DNA of 64,000 nt from Acidimicrobiales bacterium (GTDB lineage: Bacteria > Actinomycetota > Acidimicrobiia > Acidimicrobiales > Aldehydirespiratoraceae). Where the stretch lies: positions 83,384-147,383 of the forward strand of contig OZ242297.1 of NCBI GenBank assembly GCA_965207755.1, read 5' to 3'. Every line of letters begins with the position of its first letter. Within the stretch, counting starts at the first letter, position 1. Of the stretch, positions 36,246-44,376 are shown piece by piece. A program made the translations under genes and the position numbers. The notes beneath the pieces were generated by a model. The model was not told the origin of the DNA and ran no database searches. It saw nothing but the letters and a program-made list of their open reading frames with translations.

Positions 36246-36695
36246 TCAGCCGGGGTCGGTGGGCAGGGCGGTCACGTCTGCGGGGTCGGTGGGCAGGGCG
36301 GTCACGTCTGCGGGGTCGGTGGGCAGGGCGGTCACGTCTGCGGGGTCGGTGGGCAGGGCGGTCACGTCTGCGGGGCCTTGCTCGGTGCTGTGGTACCGGC
36401 GGCCGCCGGTGATCAGCGATCTCTTGACGGCCTTGGCCGCCAACTCCTCCAGGTCGCCCCGCCGCGGATCGGTCAGGTAGGCACCGACCGCGTCCGTGTC
36501 CGGGAAGGAGAGCACCAGCACCGCGCCGGGCCGGCCCCGCCCGCCTTTCACCTCGGCGGCCCGGCGCTCGGCCCGGCCGCCGTGGCGGGCCGCCAGCTTG
36601 AGCAGCCGGTTGATGTAGCGCTCGAACTGGCGCTTCGACCCGGCGCGCCAGAGCCGGATGGTCAACTCGATGCGCTGGTCGGCGTCACCGCTCAC
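36246..36695 (-). CDS. DUF1330-domain protein with a C-terminal 10-aa tandem repeat
   Basis: IELTIRLWRAGSKRQFERYINRLLKLAARHGGRAERR...VLVLSFPDTDAVGAYLTDP is DUF1330-like. The tail is (PADVTALPTD) x4, encoded by 30-bp repeats at 36251-36374. Confidence 0.55.
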   Translation of the reverse strand: MSGDADQRIELTIRLWRAGSKRQFERYINRLLKLAARHGGRAERRAAEVKGGRGRPGAVLVLSFPDTDAVGAYLTDPRRGDLEELAAKAVKRSLITGGRRYHSTEQGPADVTALPTDPADVTALPTDPADVTALPTDPADVTALPTDPG

Positions 36696-36755
36696 GCAAC
36701 GATTGTACGTCGCCCCTCCGACACGCCCGGAAGCACCCGGCAGCGCTGCGCGCGT

Positions 36756-36808
36756 TTTTCTCGGGTTGGTTTTGGGTGCCTACCGCGCAAAACCGACCCG
36801 AGATTTCC
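36756..36808. repeat. REP-like hairpin element, family A (TCTCGGGTTGG ... CCGACCCGAGA)
   Basis: ttttctcgggttggttttgggtgcctaccgcgcaaaaccgacccgagatttcc forms a 16-bp stem (one mismatch) with a 13-nt loop. Confidence 0.85.
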
Positions 36809-36848
36809 GGGGAGGAGCTCCGGATCCGCTCGCCTGCCCGCTCGCCCC

Positions 36849-37193
36849 TTAGCCGGGCGCGTCGGGGCCTCGCTTGGCGGGGAGTTCCAGGAAGATCCGG
36901 CCGTCGCGCACTTCCAGCGAGTAGCGGGGCTGGAAGCGCTCACGGGCCCTGCAGTAGCCGGTGTCGACCTCGTAGGCCCACTGGTGGCCGGCGCACACCA
37001 GCCGGGTGCCCAGCATCACGCCCTCGTTGAGCTTGCGGCCCCGGTGGATGCACACGTTGGACAGGGCCACCGGCTCGCCGTCGTTCCACAGCAGCAGGAC
37101 CTCGTGGCGGTGCAGATGCACGACCAGCTTGCCGGCCGCGGCCAACTCCGCCGCGGTGGCCTCCACCTCGAACCATCCCTTGGGTGCCGCCAC
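36849..37193 (-). CDS. Rieske [2Fe-2S] domain protein
   Basis: CIHRGRKL ... CAGHQW are the CxH / CxxH Rieske ligands with typical spacing. Confidence 0.8.
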   Translation of the reverse strand: MAAPKGWFEVEATAAELAAAGKLVVHLHRHEVLLLWNDGEPVALSNVCIHRGRKLNEGVMLGTRLVCAGHQWAYEVDTGYCRARERFQPRYSLEVRDGRIFLELPAKRGPDAPG

Positions 37194-37276
37194 GGCTCAG
37201 CCCGTCCCGTCCTCGGCCCGTCCGGTCCCGTCCACGGCTCAGCCCGTCCCGTCCTCGGCCCGTCCCGTCCTCAAGC

Positions 37277-37654
37277 TCAGCCGGTGCCGGCCCAGCCCGT
37301 CCGGGACCCGCCCCCGCCCCCGTCGCCGCCGCCGGGCCCGTCGTCGAGCCCCGCCTGGTCGGGATCCCAGCTGAAGGTCGCGTCGCCCCGGGTGTAGGTC
37401 TGGCAGGCCAGGCGGTAGCCGTCGTCCACCAGCTTGCCCAGCCGGGCCCGCTCCCGTCGCCGGGGCGGGTCGAGGTTCTCGGCCCCCTCCTCGACCACCA
37501 GGCGGTCGGTTCCGCAGTTGCCGCCGGCGCACTGCCACGGCACGTCGATGCCCTCCCGGATGGCCATCCGCAGCACGTTGACCTCCTCGCCCTCGGCGAA
37601 CTCCACGTACTGGTCGGCCGTCCTGAAGTAGATGCGCGGCACGCCGACCTGCAA
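37277..37654 (-). CDS. 2Fe-2S ferredoxin-like protein (one canonical Cys replaced)
   Basis: It has plant-type fold motifs WQCAGGNCGTDRLVV ... LACQT, with Asp where the third Cys is expected, and a Gly-rich tail. Confidence 0.5.
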   Translation of the reverse strand: MQVGVPRIYFRTADQYVEFAEGEEVNVLRMAIREGIDVPWQCAGGNCGTDRLVVEEGAENLDPPRRRERARLGKLVDDGYRLACQTYTRGDATFSWDPDQAGLDDGPGGGDGGGGGSRTGWAGTG

Positions 37655-37683
37655 CCTCGATGGAACGGCTGCCGGCAGAAGGA

Positions 37684-38433
37684 TCAGCCGGCGAGCGCTG
37701 GCTCGCGCTCGTCATCCTCCACCCAGGGGCCGAGGTCGGGCCGCACGTAGGTCTCGTACAGGGCCTTGGTGTAGGCGAAGCGCATGTCGGCCGCCTCCCG
37801 CACGTAGTGTACGCAGCGCTGCTGCAGCTCGGGGGTGTCGGCGTATTTGAGCACGATCTGGTAGCCCCGCTCGCCGTGGATCTCGTCGGAGGTGATGTGG
37901 AGGTCGAAGAACTCCGCCTCCCACTCGGAGAACCCGTACTCGTTGATCAGCGTCGGGTACTGGGTGCGGTAGATGGACGGCACCTGCGACTCCAGGCCCA
38001 CGATCAGCGCGGCCGACGACACCACGAAGTTCTCCCGGCCCGACACGTAGTACATCCAGCCCTGCATGCCCTTGGCGAAGGGCATGGCGTTGTTGCGGTC
38101 CTGCACGTAGGCCCGGGTCCCGCCGCAGGCCTCGGCGAAGCGGATCAGCAGGTCGGTGTGGCGGTCGTCGCTCAGCTCCTCCTCGTACATGTTCTGCAGC
38201 AGGAAGTCCTTGGCGTCGCGGGCATGGTCGGGCGTGTTGGCGTACATGAGGCCCAGGTAGTCGCCGAACGGGCCGATGTAGTGGTAGTGGTTGGTGGCCC
38301 AGTGGACGAAGTGCTGCTTGTGGAGCTTGCCGGCGGCCCAGGCCCGGCTGAAGGACGCGTCCTTGGCCATCGTGCCGGAGAAGGCCTGCTCCAGAGCCAC
38401 TCTGAACTCGCTCGATGACATCAACTCGGCCAT
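37684..38433 (-). CDS. heme-oxygenase-like (TenA/PqqC-type) iron-containing redox enzyme family protein
   Basis: ATG 38433 (MAELMSSSEF) lies inside ORF 37684..38772. HFVHWATNHYHYIGPF ... FLLQNMYEEELSDDRHTDLLIRFAEACG ... DLHITSDEIHGERG resembles PqqC/TenA-like helical-bundle enzymes. Confidence 0.55.
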   Translation of the reverse strand: MAELMSSSEFRVALEQAFSGTMAKDASFSRAWAAGKLHKQHFVHWATNHYHYIGPFGDYLGLMYANTPDHARDAKDFLLQNMYEEELSDDRHTDLLIRFAEACGGTRAYVQDRNNAMPFAKGMQGWMYYVSGRENFVVSSAALIVGLESQVPSIYRTQYPTLINEYGFSEWEAEFFDLHITSDEIHGERGYQIVLKYADTPELQQRCVHYVREAADMRFAYTKALYETYVRPDLGPWVEDDEREPALAG

Positions 38434-38690
38434 TGACTGCTCCTGGAGGTTGGGGTTGCGTTCTCTGTCCGTGCCGTCTCTGCTGCAGCTGCTGTTGCGA
38501 TTGAGGGTCCCGGGGAGACACCGCATCCCCCCGGTTCCGGCCGTTGTTGCTCGGTCACTGTCATTGCGATTGAAGGGCGCCGGGGAGAGGTCGGAATCCC
38601 CGGCGCCCGCGACTGTATACATTAGCTCGCTCCAGCATCGGACTCCAAGTCCGGGCCGATTCAGCGGACCGCCAGGGACGCTGCGGTCCC

Positions 38691-38746
38691 AGAGATCTCG
38701 GGTCTGGAATGGGGCGCATGTCCGCACGATCGCGCCGAGATTCTCT
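38691..38746. repeat. REP-like hairpin element, family A, opposite orientation
   Basis: agagatctcgggtctggaatggggcgcatgtccgcacgatcgcgccgagattctct. Confidence 0.75.
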
Positions 38747-38755
38747 GGGCGGCGG

Positions 38756-39997
38756 CTAGGCGGCGCCCTCATCGAGCAGGGCCAGGGCGGCGTCGAGATA
38801 CCGTTCGGCGGCCTGGGTCATGCGGATCAGCCCGTAGCCGTCGAGCACGGCCCGCTTGAGACGCTCGGGGCCGGCCCGGCGCAGCGCGGCCTGCTGGATC
38901 ACCCCGGCCACCGCGTGGACCGGCTGGTCGCCGGTCCAGGAGCGGCCCAGCAGTCCCTGCCGCTTGTGCCTCGCCACCTCGGCGATCTCGTTGAGTGGCA
39001 CCTCGTACAGCGAGCGCTCCCCCAGTTCCCGCACCACCACGGGCGGCGTCCCGGCCAGCCGATGCACCTGCTGGACCTCGCCCGCGTTGTCGAGTTCGTC
39101 GACTTCCACCTGGCCCCTGAGCGTCAGCCGACCGAGCGCCTGCTCCATCGGCGCCCGGGCCCGCTGCGTGACCTTCGACGATCCCGCCCCCCGGATGTAG
39201 AGCCGGTAGGCCCGGTCGGCGGTCACCGGACCCTCGGCGGTCACGATCTCCAGCAGGCGGGTGGCGACCTCCGAAACCGGAGCGGTGCGGGGATCGGGCA
39301 GCCCGTCTCCCTGCCAGGTCCCGTAGGGCCTCGGCCTGGCGGCAGAGTCCGGCGCCAGGACGGCCATCCCGCCTGTGGCTGCGGCGCCGGCCATCCCGCC
39401 TGTGGCTGCGGCGCCGGCCATCCCGCCTGTGGCTGCGGCGCCGGCCATCCCGCCTGTGGCTGCGGCGCCGGCCATCCCGCCTGTGGCTGCGGCGCCGGCC
39501 GGAGCGGCTACCGCGGACGGACCCGCGGCCGCGCCGGCCGCCTCGGTCCCACCTGGCTCGCGTCGCAGTTCCATCCACCGCTCCGGCGCGGGCGGCTCGG
39601 TGAACCCGAACGACCGGTACAGCCCGTGGGCGTCCGCGGTCCTCAGCAGTATCCGCTTGATCCCGGCCACCGCCGGGTGCTCGCAGGCTGCGGCCACCAC
39701 CGCCCGGCCCAGCCCGAGACCCCGGTGCTCGGCCAGCACGTACACGTCGGTCAGCCACCCGAAGGTGGCCCGGTCGGTCACGATGCGAGCCCCGCCCACC
39801 ATCGACCCGTCGGGCCCGTAAACCCCCAGCACCACGCTGTTGGCCGCGCCCGCCGCGGTCTGCTCCCGGCTGCGCCCCGTCGCCCAGTACCCCTCGGCCT
39901 CAAGGAAGTCGTGCATGGCGTCCGCATCGAACCGCGACGGGTCGTCGGAGATCACATACTCCCCGCACCGCCACTCGCCGCAGCCGTCGCCGTGCAT
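38756..39997 (-). CDS. GNAT acetyltransferase fused through a 9-aa tandem-repeat linker to a DUF3320-like C-terminal domain
   Basis: The GNAT motif A is DVYVLAEHRGLGLGRAVVAAA. The linker is (ATGGMAGAA) x5, encoded by 27-bp repeats at 39361-39495. The C-terminal ATRLLEIVTAEGPVTADRAYRLYIRGAGSSKVTQRARAPMEQAL resembles DUF3320. Confidence 0.6.
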   Translation of the reverse strand: MHGDGCGEWRCGEYVISDDPSRFDADAMHDFLEAEGYWATGRSREQTAAGAANSVVLGVYGPDGSMVGGARIVTDRATFGWLTDVYVLAEHRGLGLGRAVVAAACEHPAVAGIKRILLRTADAHGLYRSFGFTEPPAPERWMELRREPGGTEAAGAAAGPSAVAAPAGAAATGGMAGAAATGGMAGAAATGGMAGAAATGGMAGAAATGGMAVLAPDSAARPRPYGTWQGDGLPDPRTAPVSEVATRLLEIVTAEGPVTADRAYRLYIRGAGSSKVTQRARAPMEQALGRLTLRGQVEVDELDNAGEVQQVHRLAGTPPVVVRELGERSLYEVPLNEIAEVARHKRQGLLGRSWTGDQPVHAVAGVIQQAALRRAGPERLKRAVLDGYGLIRMTQAAERYLDAALALLDEGAA

Positions 39998-40200
39998 GCT
40001 GCGACGCTATCCGGCCTGCGGCTGCGGGCCTGCGGGGAGTCGCCTGAGGCGGCCGCGTCGTTGGGGGTGACAATGATCCCCCGATACTGACTCCCCGGAC
40101 ATCGACCCCCGGACACCCCCCGGACATCGATCCCCGGACATCGACCGGACACCGACCCCCGGACATCGACCCCGGACACCGACCCCAAAGGAGACTTTCG

Positions 40201-41163
40201 ATGGAGATCGCCGTTCAGACACCGCCCGAGCACACCGACTACTCGCGGCTGCTGGACATCTGGCAGACCGCCGACGGGCTCGGCTTCGCCGCCGGGTTCA
40301 CATTCGACCACTTGGTGCCGCTCAATCCCGGCGCCCGGCCGTCGGCGCCCGGCGAGGTCCCCGACGGGCCCCAGCTCGAGGGTTGGATCACCCTGGCCGC
40401 GCTGGGCGCGGCCACCAGCCGCCTCGATGTGGGCACGCTGGTGTCAGGGGTCACCTACCGCCATCCGGTGCTGCTGGCCAAGATGGCGGTGACCCTCGAC
40501 CACGTCACCGCCGGCCGGGCCCTGCTGGGTCTGGGCGCGGCCTGGCACGAGGCCGAGCACCTCATGTACGGCTTCGACTATCCAGGTGTGGGCGACCGCA
40601 TGGCGTTCTTGGACGAGACGCTGGAAGCGTTCGGGCTGCTGTGCACCGCCGAGGGACCGTTCGACTACGACGGGCGCTTCGTGCAGCTGGCTGGCGCCTG
40701 CTTCGACCCCAAGCCGGTGCGGCCCGGCGGCGTGCCGGTGCTGGTGGGCGGCAGCGGCGAGCGGCTGCGGCGCATCGCGGCCCGCCGGGGCGACTGGTAC
40801 AACGGCTTCTGGGCCCCGTGGGAGTGGCCCGAGGTGAACGACGGCCTCGACGAGATGCTGGCCCGCCACGGCCGCAGTCCCGGCGACCTCAAGCGCACCG
40901 CCTTCGTGTTCTCCGAGCTGGCCGGCGACCCAGCCACTGCCGACGGCCTGGTCCGGACGTTCCGCAGGATCCGGGGCGGCACTGAGGAGGAGGTCCGGGC
41001 CCGGATCGTGGCCGGTTCGCCCGAGCAGATGGTGGCCGTGCTGGAGTCCTACGCGGCGGCCGGGGTCGACCTGGCCATCCTCAACATCCGTCCCGACCAG
41101 GGAGCGGCCGAGGTGGCCCGGTTCGGCGAGCAGGTCCTGCCCGCCTTCGACCGCCGGGTCTAG
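40201..41163 (+). CDS. LLM-class (luciferase-like) F420/flavin-dependent oxidoreductase
   Basis: GFAAGFTFDHLVP ... LDHVTAGRALLGLGAAWHEAEH ... PVLVGGSGERL fits the LLM family. Confidence 0.75.
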   Translation: MEIAVQTPPEHTDYSRLLDIWQTADGLGFAAGFTFDHLVPLNPGARPSAPGEVPDGPQLEGWITLAALGAATSRLDVGTLVSGVTYRHPVLLAKMAVTLDHVTAGRALLGLGAAWHEAEHLMYGFDYPGVGDRMAFLDETLEAFGLLCTAEGPFDYDGRFVQLAGACFDPKPVRPGGVPVLVGGSGERLRRIAARRGDWYNGFWAPWEWPEVNDGLDEMLARHGRSPGDLKRTAFVFSELAGDPATADGLVRTFRRIRGGTEEEVRARIVAGSPEQMVAVLESYAAAGVDLAILNIRPDQGAAEVARFGEQVLPAFDRRV

Positions 41164-41303
41164 CGTCGTGTCTCGCAGGTCCATGGATCTGTAGGGCGGA
41201 CCTGTAGGGCGGACCTGTAGGGCGGCGAATTGGTTGCACGTTGCTACTAATCCTGACAAGACTAGTAGTAACTTGTCGGCGCCTGGAACGAAGGGCAAAC
41301 AGG

Positions 41304-41420
41304 ATGATGCAGAACCTGGGCGTGCTCCGCAGGGTGCAGTCGGGCAAGAAGTTCGAGTTCTGGCCCGTCAATGGTCTCTCGGATCAGCTTCGAGCGTTGG
41401 CCGACGAGTTGCATCGATGA
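41304..41420 (+). CDS. 38-aa ORF inside a 240-bp AT-rich islet (possible wing fragment of a wHTH regulator)
   Basis: MMQNLGVLRRVQSGKKFEFWPVNGLSDQLRALADELHR is preceded by AAGGG. It is flanked on both sides by ACTACTAAT-type inverted repeats. It is too short for the supplied ORF track. Confidence 0.3.
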   Translation: MMQNLGVLRRVQSGKKFEFWPVNGLSDQLRALADELHR

Positions 41421-41467
41421 CATACTAATTTACTACTAATGTCTACTAAGTTAGTAATATACGTGCG

Positions 41468-42292
41468 CTAGAGCGTCGGCAGGAGTTCGTCGAAGAGGGC
41501 GCTGAAGCGCTCGGCCGCAGCGGCTGCAGCCTCGATGACCTCGTTGTGAGACAGGGGCAGGTCGGAGATGCCGGCCGCCAGGTTGGTACACAGCGAGATG
41601 CCCAGCACCTGGGCGCCCATGTGGCGGGCGGCGGTGGCCTCGGGCACTGTCGACATGCCCACCATCGACCCGCCCAGCGCCTGGGCCAGGCGGATCTCGG
41701 CCGGGGTCTCGAACATCGGGCCGTGGAACCAGAAGTAAACGCCCTCCCGCAGCGTCTGCCCCAGCCGGGCCGCGGCCGCGTGGGCCTTGGCCCGGAGCTC
41801 AGGTGTGTACACGTCGGTCATGTCGGTGAAGCGGGGTCCGATGCGCTCGTCGTTCGGGCCGGCCAGCGCGCTGATGCCGGCCAGGTTCACGTGGTCGGTG
41901 ATGACGGCCAGGTCGCCGGCGGCCATGCCCTCGCCGCAGGCCCCGGCAGCGTTGGTGAGCACCACCGCCCGGCATCCGGCCGTGACCGCGGTCCGCACCG
42001 CGAACGTGATGGCCCCTGGGTCGTGGCCCTCGTAGGCGTGGGCCCGCCCCGACAGCAGCAGCACCCGGTTGCCGCCCATCTGCGCCGAGTAGGCCGTGCC
42101 GGCGTGGCCGACGGCGGTGGGGATGGGGAACCCGGGCAGGTCCCGGTACGGCACCGCTGCCTTGTCGCTGATCCGGTCGGGGTAGCCGCCCAGCCCCGAC
42201 CCCAGCACCACGCACACGTCGTGCCGCTCGCACCCGGTCCGCTCGGCCAGCACCCGGGCCGTCCCCCGCAGCCGCTCATACAGATCAGTCAC
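41468..42292 (-). CDS. punA: purine nucleoside phosphorylase (trimeric PNP family)
   Basis: VVLGSGLGG...GFPIPTAVGHAGT...LLSGRAHAYEGHD...VLTNAAGA...GDLAVITDHVNL...GPRFTDM...EGVYFWFHGPMFETPAEIR...MVGMSTVPE are present. The start is ambiguous (GTG 42292 or ATG 42352) because of a 73-bp duplication at the 5' end. Confidence 0.85.
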   Translation of the reverse strand: MTDLYERLRGTARVLAERTGCERHDVCVVLGSGLGGYPDRISDKAAVPYRDLPGFPIPTAVGHAGTAYSAQMGGNRVLLLSGRAHAYEGHDPGAITFAVRTAVTAGCRAVVLTNAAGACGEGMAAGDLAVITDHVNLAGISALAGPNDERIGPRFTDMTDVYTPELRAKAHAAAARLGQTLREGVYFWFHGPMFETPAEIRLAQALGGSMVGMSTVPEATAARHMGAQVLGISLCTNLAAGISDLPLSHNEVIEAAAAAAERFSALFDELLPTL

Positions 42293-42370
42293 GACACTGG
42301 GCTGTGTGCGCTTGCTGACCGCACAAGCGCACAGTCCCCTCCAGCCGCTCATACAGATCAGTCACGACAC
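42261..42370. repeat. DR37-N36-DR37 structure at the PNP start; the 36-bp insert is a perfect 10-bp-stem hairpin
   Basis: gtcccc(cg/tc)cagccgctcatacagatcagtcacgacac occurs at 42261-42297 and 42334-42370 (35/37 identical). The insert at 42298-42333 contains tgtgcgcttg-ctgaccgca-caagcgcaca. Confidence 0.9.
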
Positions 42371-42538
42371 CCTCCTCATGCTTTCGACGGACGCCACATG
42401 GGCGTTGGCAGCGTGGTCATGGCGTGCTCCGGGTGAAGCGGGCGATGTCGGCGGTTGCTTCGGGGTATGTCTCGGCCAGTCCGTCGGGTCGCCGAGCTCG
42501 AGAGCGTCGGGGTCGTATGGGCGTGCGAGCGCGTTCAT
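42362..42538 (-). CDS. 58-aa ORF translationally coupled (ATGA) to the upstream amidohydrolase
   Basis: MNALARPYDPDALELGDPTDWPRHTPKQ... Its ATG overlaps the deaminase stop. No homology was recognised and it may be spurious. Confidence 0.2.
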   Translation of the reverse strand: MNALARPYDPDALELGDPTDWPRHTPKQPPTSPASPGARHDHAANAHVASVESMRRVS

Positions 42539-43869
42539 GGTGCGGCTCCGGTCAGTCTCCGTGCCCGGGTGTCGGCTTCGGCTACCGCCTCGGCCACGTC
42601 GAGGGTCAGCAGCCGGCCGTGGTCCACCACCTTGCTCCCGGCTACCCACACCGCGCTGATGGCGCCCGGCGAGCCCGACCACACGATCCGCGACAGCGGG
42701 TCGTCCTCGGCCTCGATCACCGGGTGCAGCGCCGGCTCCGAGGCCGACAGCGCCATCATGTCGGCCCAGCATCCCGGCGCCAGCCGCCCCAACTCGCCTC
42801 TCCGGCCGATCACCTCGGCCGCTCCCGCGGTGGTCATGCGCAGCGCCTCGGCCGGTCCGAACGTCTGGGCGTCGCCCGAGCGGATGCGGGCCGTGCGGAT
42901 GGCGGTGCGCATCTCCTCGAACAGGTCGAGGCGGTGGTGCGACGCCGGCCCGTCGGTCCCTATCGCCAGCCGCAGCCCGGCCGCCTGCATCTCGGTCACC
43001 GGCGCCACCCCGGAGGCGTGCTTGGCGTTGGAGCACGGGCAGTGCACTACCGCGGTGTCGTTGCGGGCCAGCACGTCGATGTCGTCGGCGGTCAGCCACA
43101 CGCCGTGGGCCGCGATCACGTCGCCGTCGAGCAGCCCGAGCGACTCCAGGTACTCGGGGGCGGCCAGCCCGCCGGTGCGCTCCCGGACTGCGGCGTCCTC
43201 CCACTGCTGCTCGGCCAGGTGGATATGCACCGGCATCCCGGCGCCGGCGGCCCGCTCGGCGATGGCGGTCAGGCACTCCGCCGACACCGAGTAGGCGGCA
43301 TGGGCCGCCATCCCCACCCCGATCAGGTCGCTGCCGGCCCAGCGGTCCCGCAGGGCGACCATCTCGTCGAGCTGCTCGGGCCAAGGCCCGGTCAGGGTGA
43401 AGTCGGGGTCCTCGATCACACCGGGGGTCACCAGGCAGCGCATCCCGGCGTCGGTGGCGCCCTCGGCCACGGCCTGGCCGCTGAAGTACATCTCGACCGA
43501 TGTGGTGATCCCGTTGGCCAGCAGCTCGGCCGCGCCGAGCCGCATCCCGGCCCGCACGTCGCCGGCGGTGAGCTTCGACTCCCGGGGCCACATCACCTCG
43601 TGCAGCCAGCGGTCGACCGGCAGCCCCTCGCCGGCGCCCCGCAGCAGCACCATCGGCGTGTGGCAGTGGGCGTTGACGAGGCTCGGCATGAGGATGCCGG
43701 TCCGGTGTACGGCGGCGCCGGGGGCCGGGTCGGGCGCGTCGGCGGCGGGGCCGCACCAGGCGATCCGCCCGTCGTCGTCCACGTCCACCGCCCCGCCGGT
43801 GATCGGTGCGGGGACGGCGCCGGCCGGTCCGTCCATGGTGACGAGCACGTCGCACAGGTACCGGTCCAT
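42535..43869 (-). CDS. amidohydrolase, MTA/SAH (or related nucleoside/base) deaminase family
   Basis: LVNAHCHTPM (HxH metal site), PVHIHLAEQ, AAHGVWL and AIGTDGPASHH fit the MtaD/SsnA-type family. It lies in an operon with the PNP gene. Confidence 0.75.
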   Translation of the reverse strand: MDRYLCDVLVTMDGPAGAVPAPITGGAVDVDDDGRIAWCGPAADAPDPAPGAAVHRTGILMPSLVNAHCHTPMVLLRGAGEGLPVDRWLHEVMWPRESKLTAGDVRAGMRLGAAELLANGITTSVEMYFSGQAVAEGATDAGMRCLVTPGVIEDPDFTLTGPWPEQLDEMVALRDRWAGSDLIGVGMAAHAAYSVSAECLTAIAERAAGAGMPVHIHLAEQQWEDAAVRERTGGLAAPEYLESLGLLDGDVIAAHGVWLTADDIDVLARNDTAVVHCPCSNAKHASGVAPVTEMQAAGLRLAIGTDGPASHHRLDLFEEMRTAIRTARIRSGDAQTFGPAEALRMTTAGAAEVIGRRGELGRLAPGCWADMMALSASEPALHPVIEAEDDPLSRIVWSGSPGAISAVWVAGSKVVDHGRLLTLDVAEAVAEADTRARRLTGAAP

Positions 43870-43980
43870 CAGCGCCCCACCCTAGAGAGCGCCCTGCCTC
43901 TCCCGGAATCCCCGGGTGAGCGAATTGGCAGCAGGATGCCCGTATAGCGTGCATTGTGCTGCCAATTCCTTGCGTAGGCA

Positions 43981-44094
43981 GGCTCCGGGCTGTGTGTGAG
44001 CACCCAGCCCATGCCGCCTCCTGGCCCTGGCCCGGGCCCCAGCGTCGGCCAGCGGCTCCGGGCTGTGTGTGAGTACCCAGCCCATGCCGCCTCC
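43981..44094. repeat. direct duplication with 73-bp period (41-bp match, one mismatch; equivalently 37 + 36)
   Basis: ggctccgggctgtgtgtgag(c/t)acccagcccatgccgcctcc occurs at 43981 and 44054. Confidence 0.85.
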
Positions 44095-44376
44095 CACGCC
44101 CCGATCATCACGAACTGCCTGCTGACCGGCAGCAGGGTGCCGGCCATCACCCGGTCGCCCTGCAGGATGACGTCGGTGCTGGCTGGATGGCGCCGTGGGC
44201 GCGGTCGCTCGAGCCTCTGGCATCTGGAACGGGTGGATGACGTCGGTGGTGGAGGCGCCCGGCACAATCCAGGAGGGCTTGGACCGGGCTGGCGTGGGCA
44301 TCGGCCGGCGGCTAACGTCGGCAGGAGTTCCTGTAGCCACGGCAGCCGCTTTGCCCTGACCAGCGACACGGGGTGC

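Noticed and set aside
38434-38690. Tandem glycine or c-di-AMP (ydaO) riboswitch in the operon leader
   Set aside because: The duplicated module lacks the conserved cores I remember for those classes. Given the genome's many 60-74-bp local duplications, simple duplication is the more economical reading. I kept it only as a low-interest finding.
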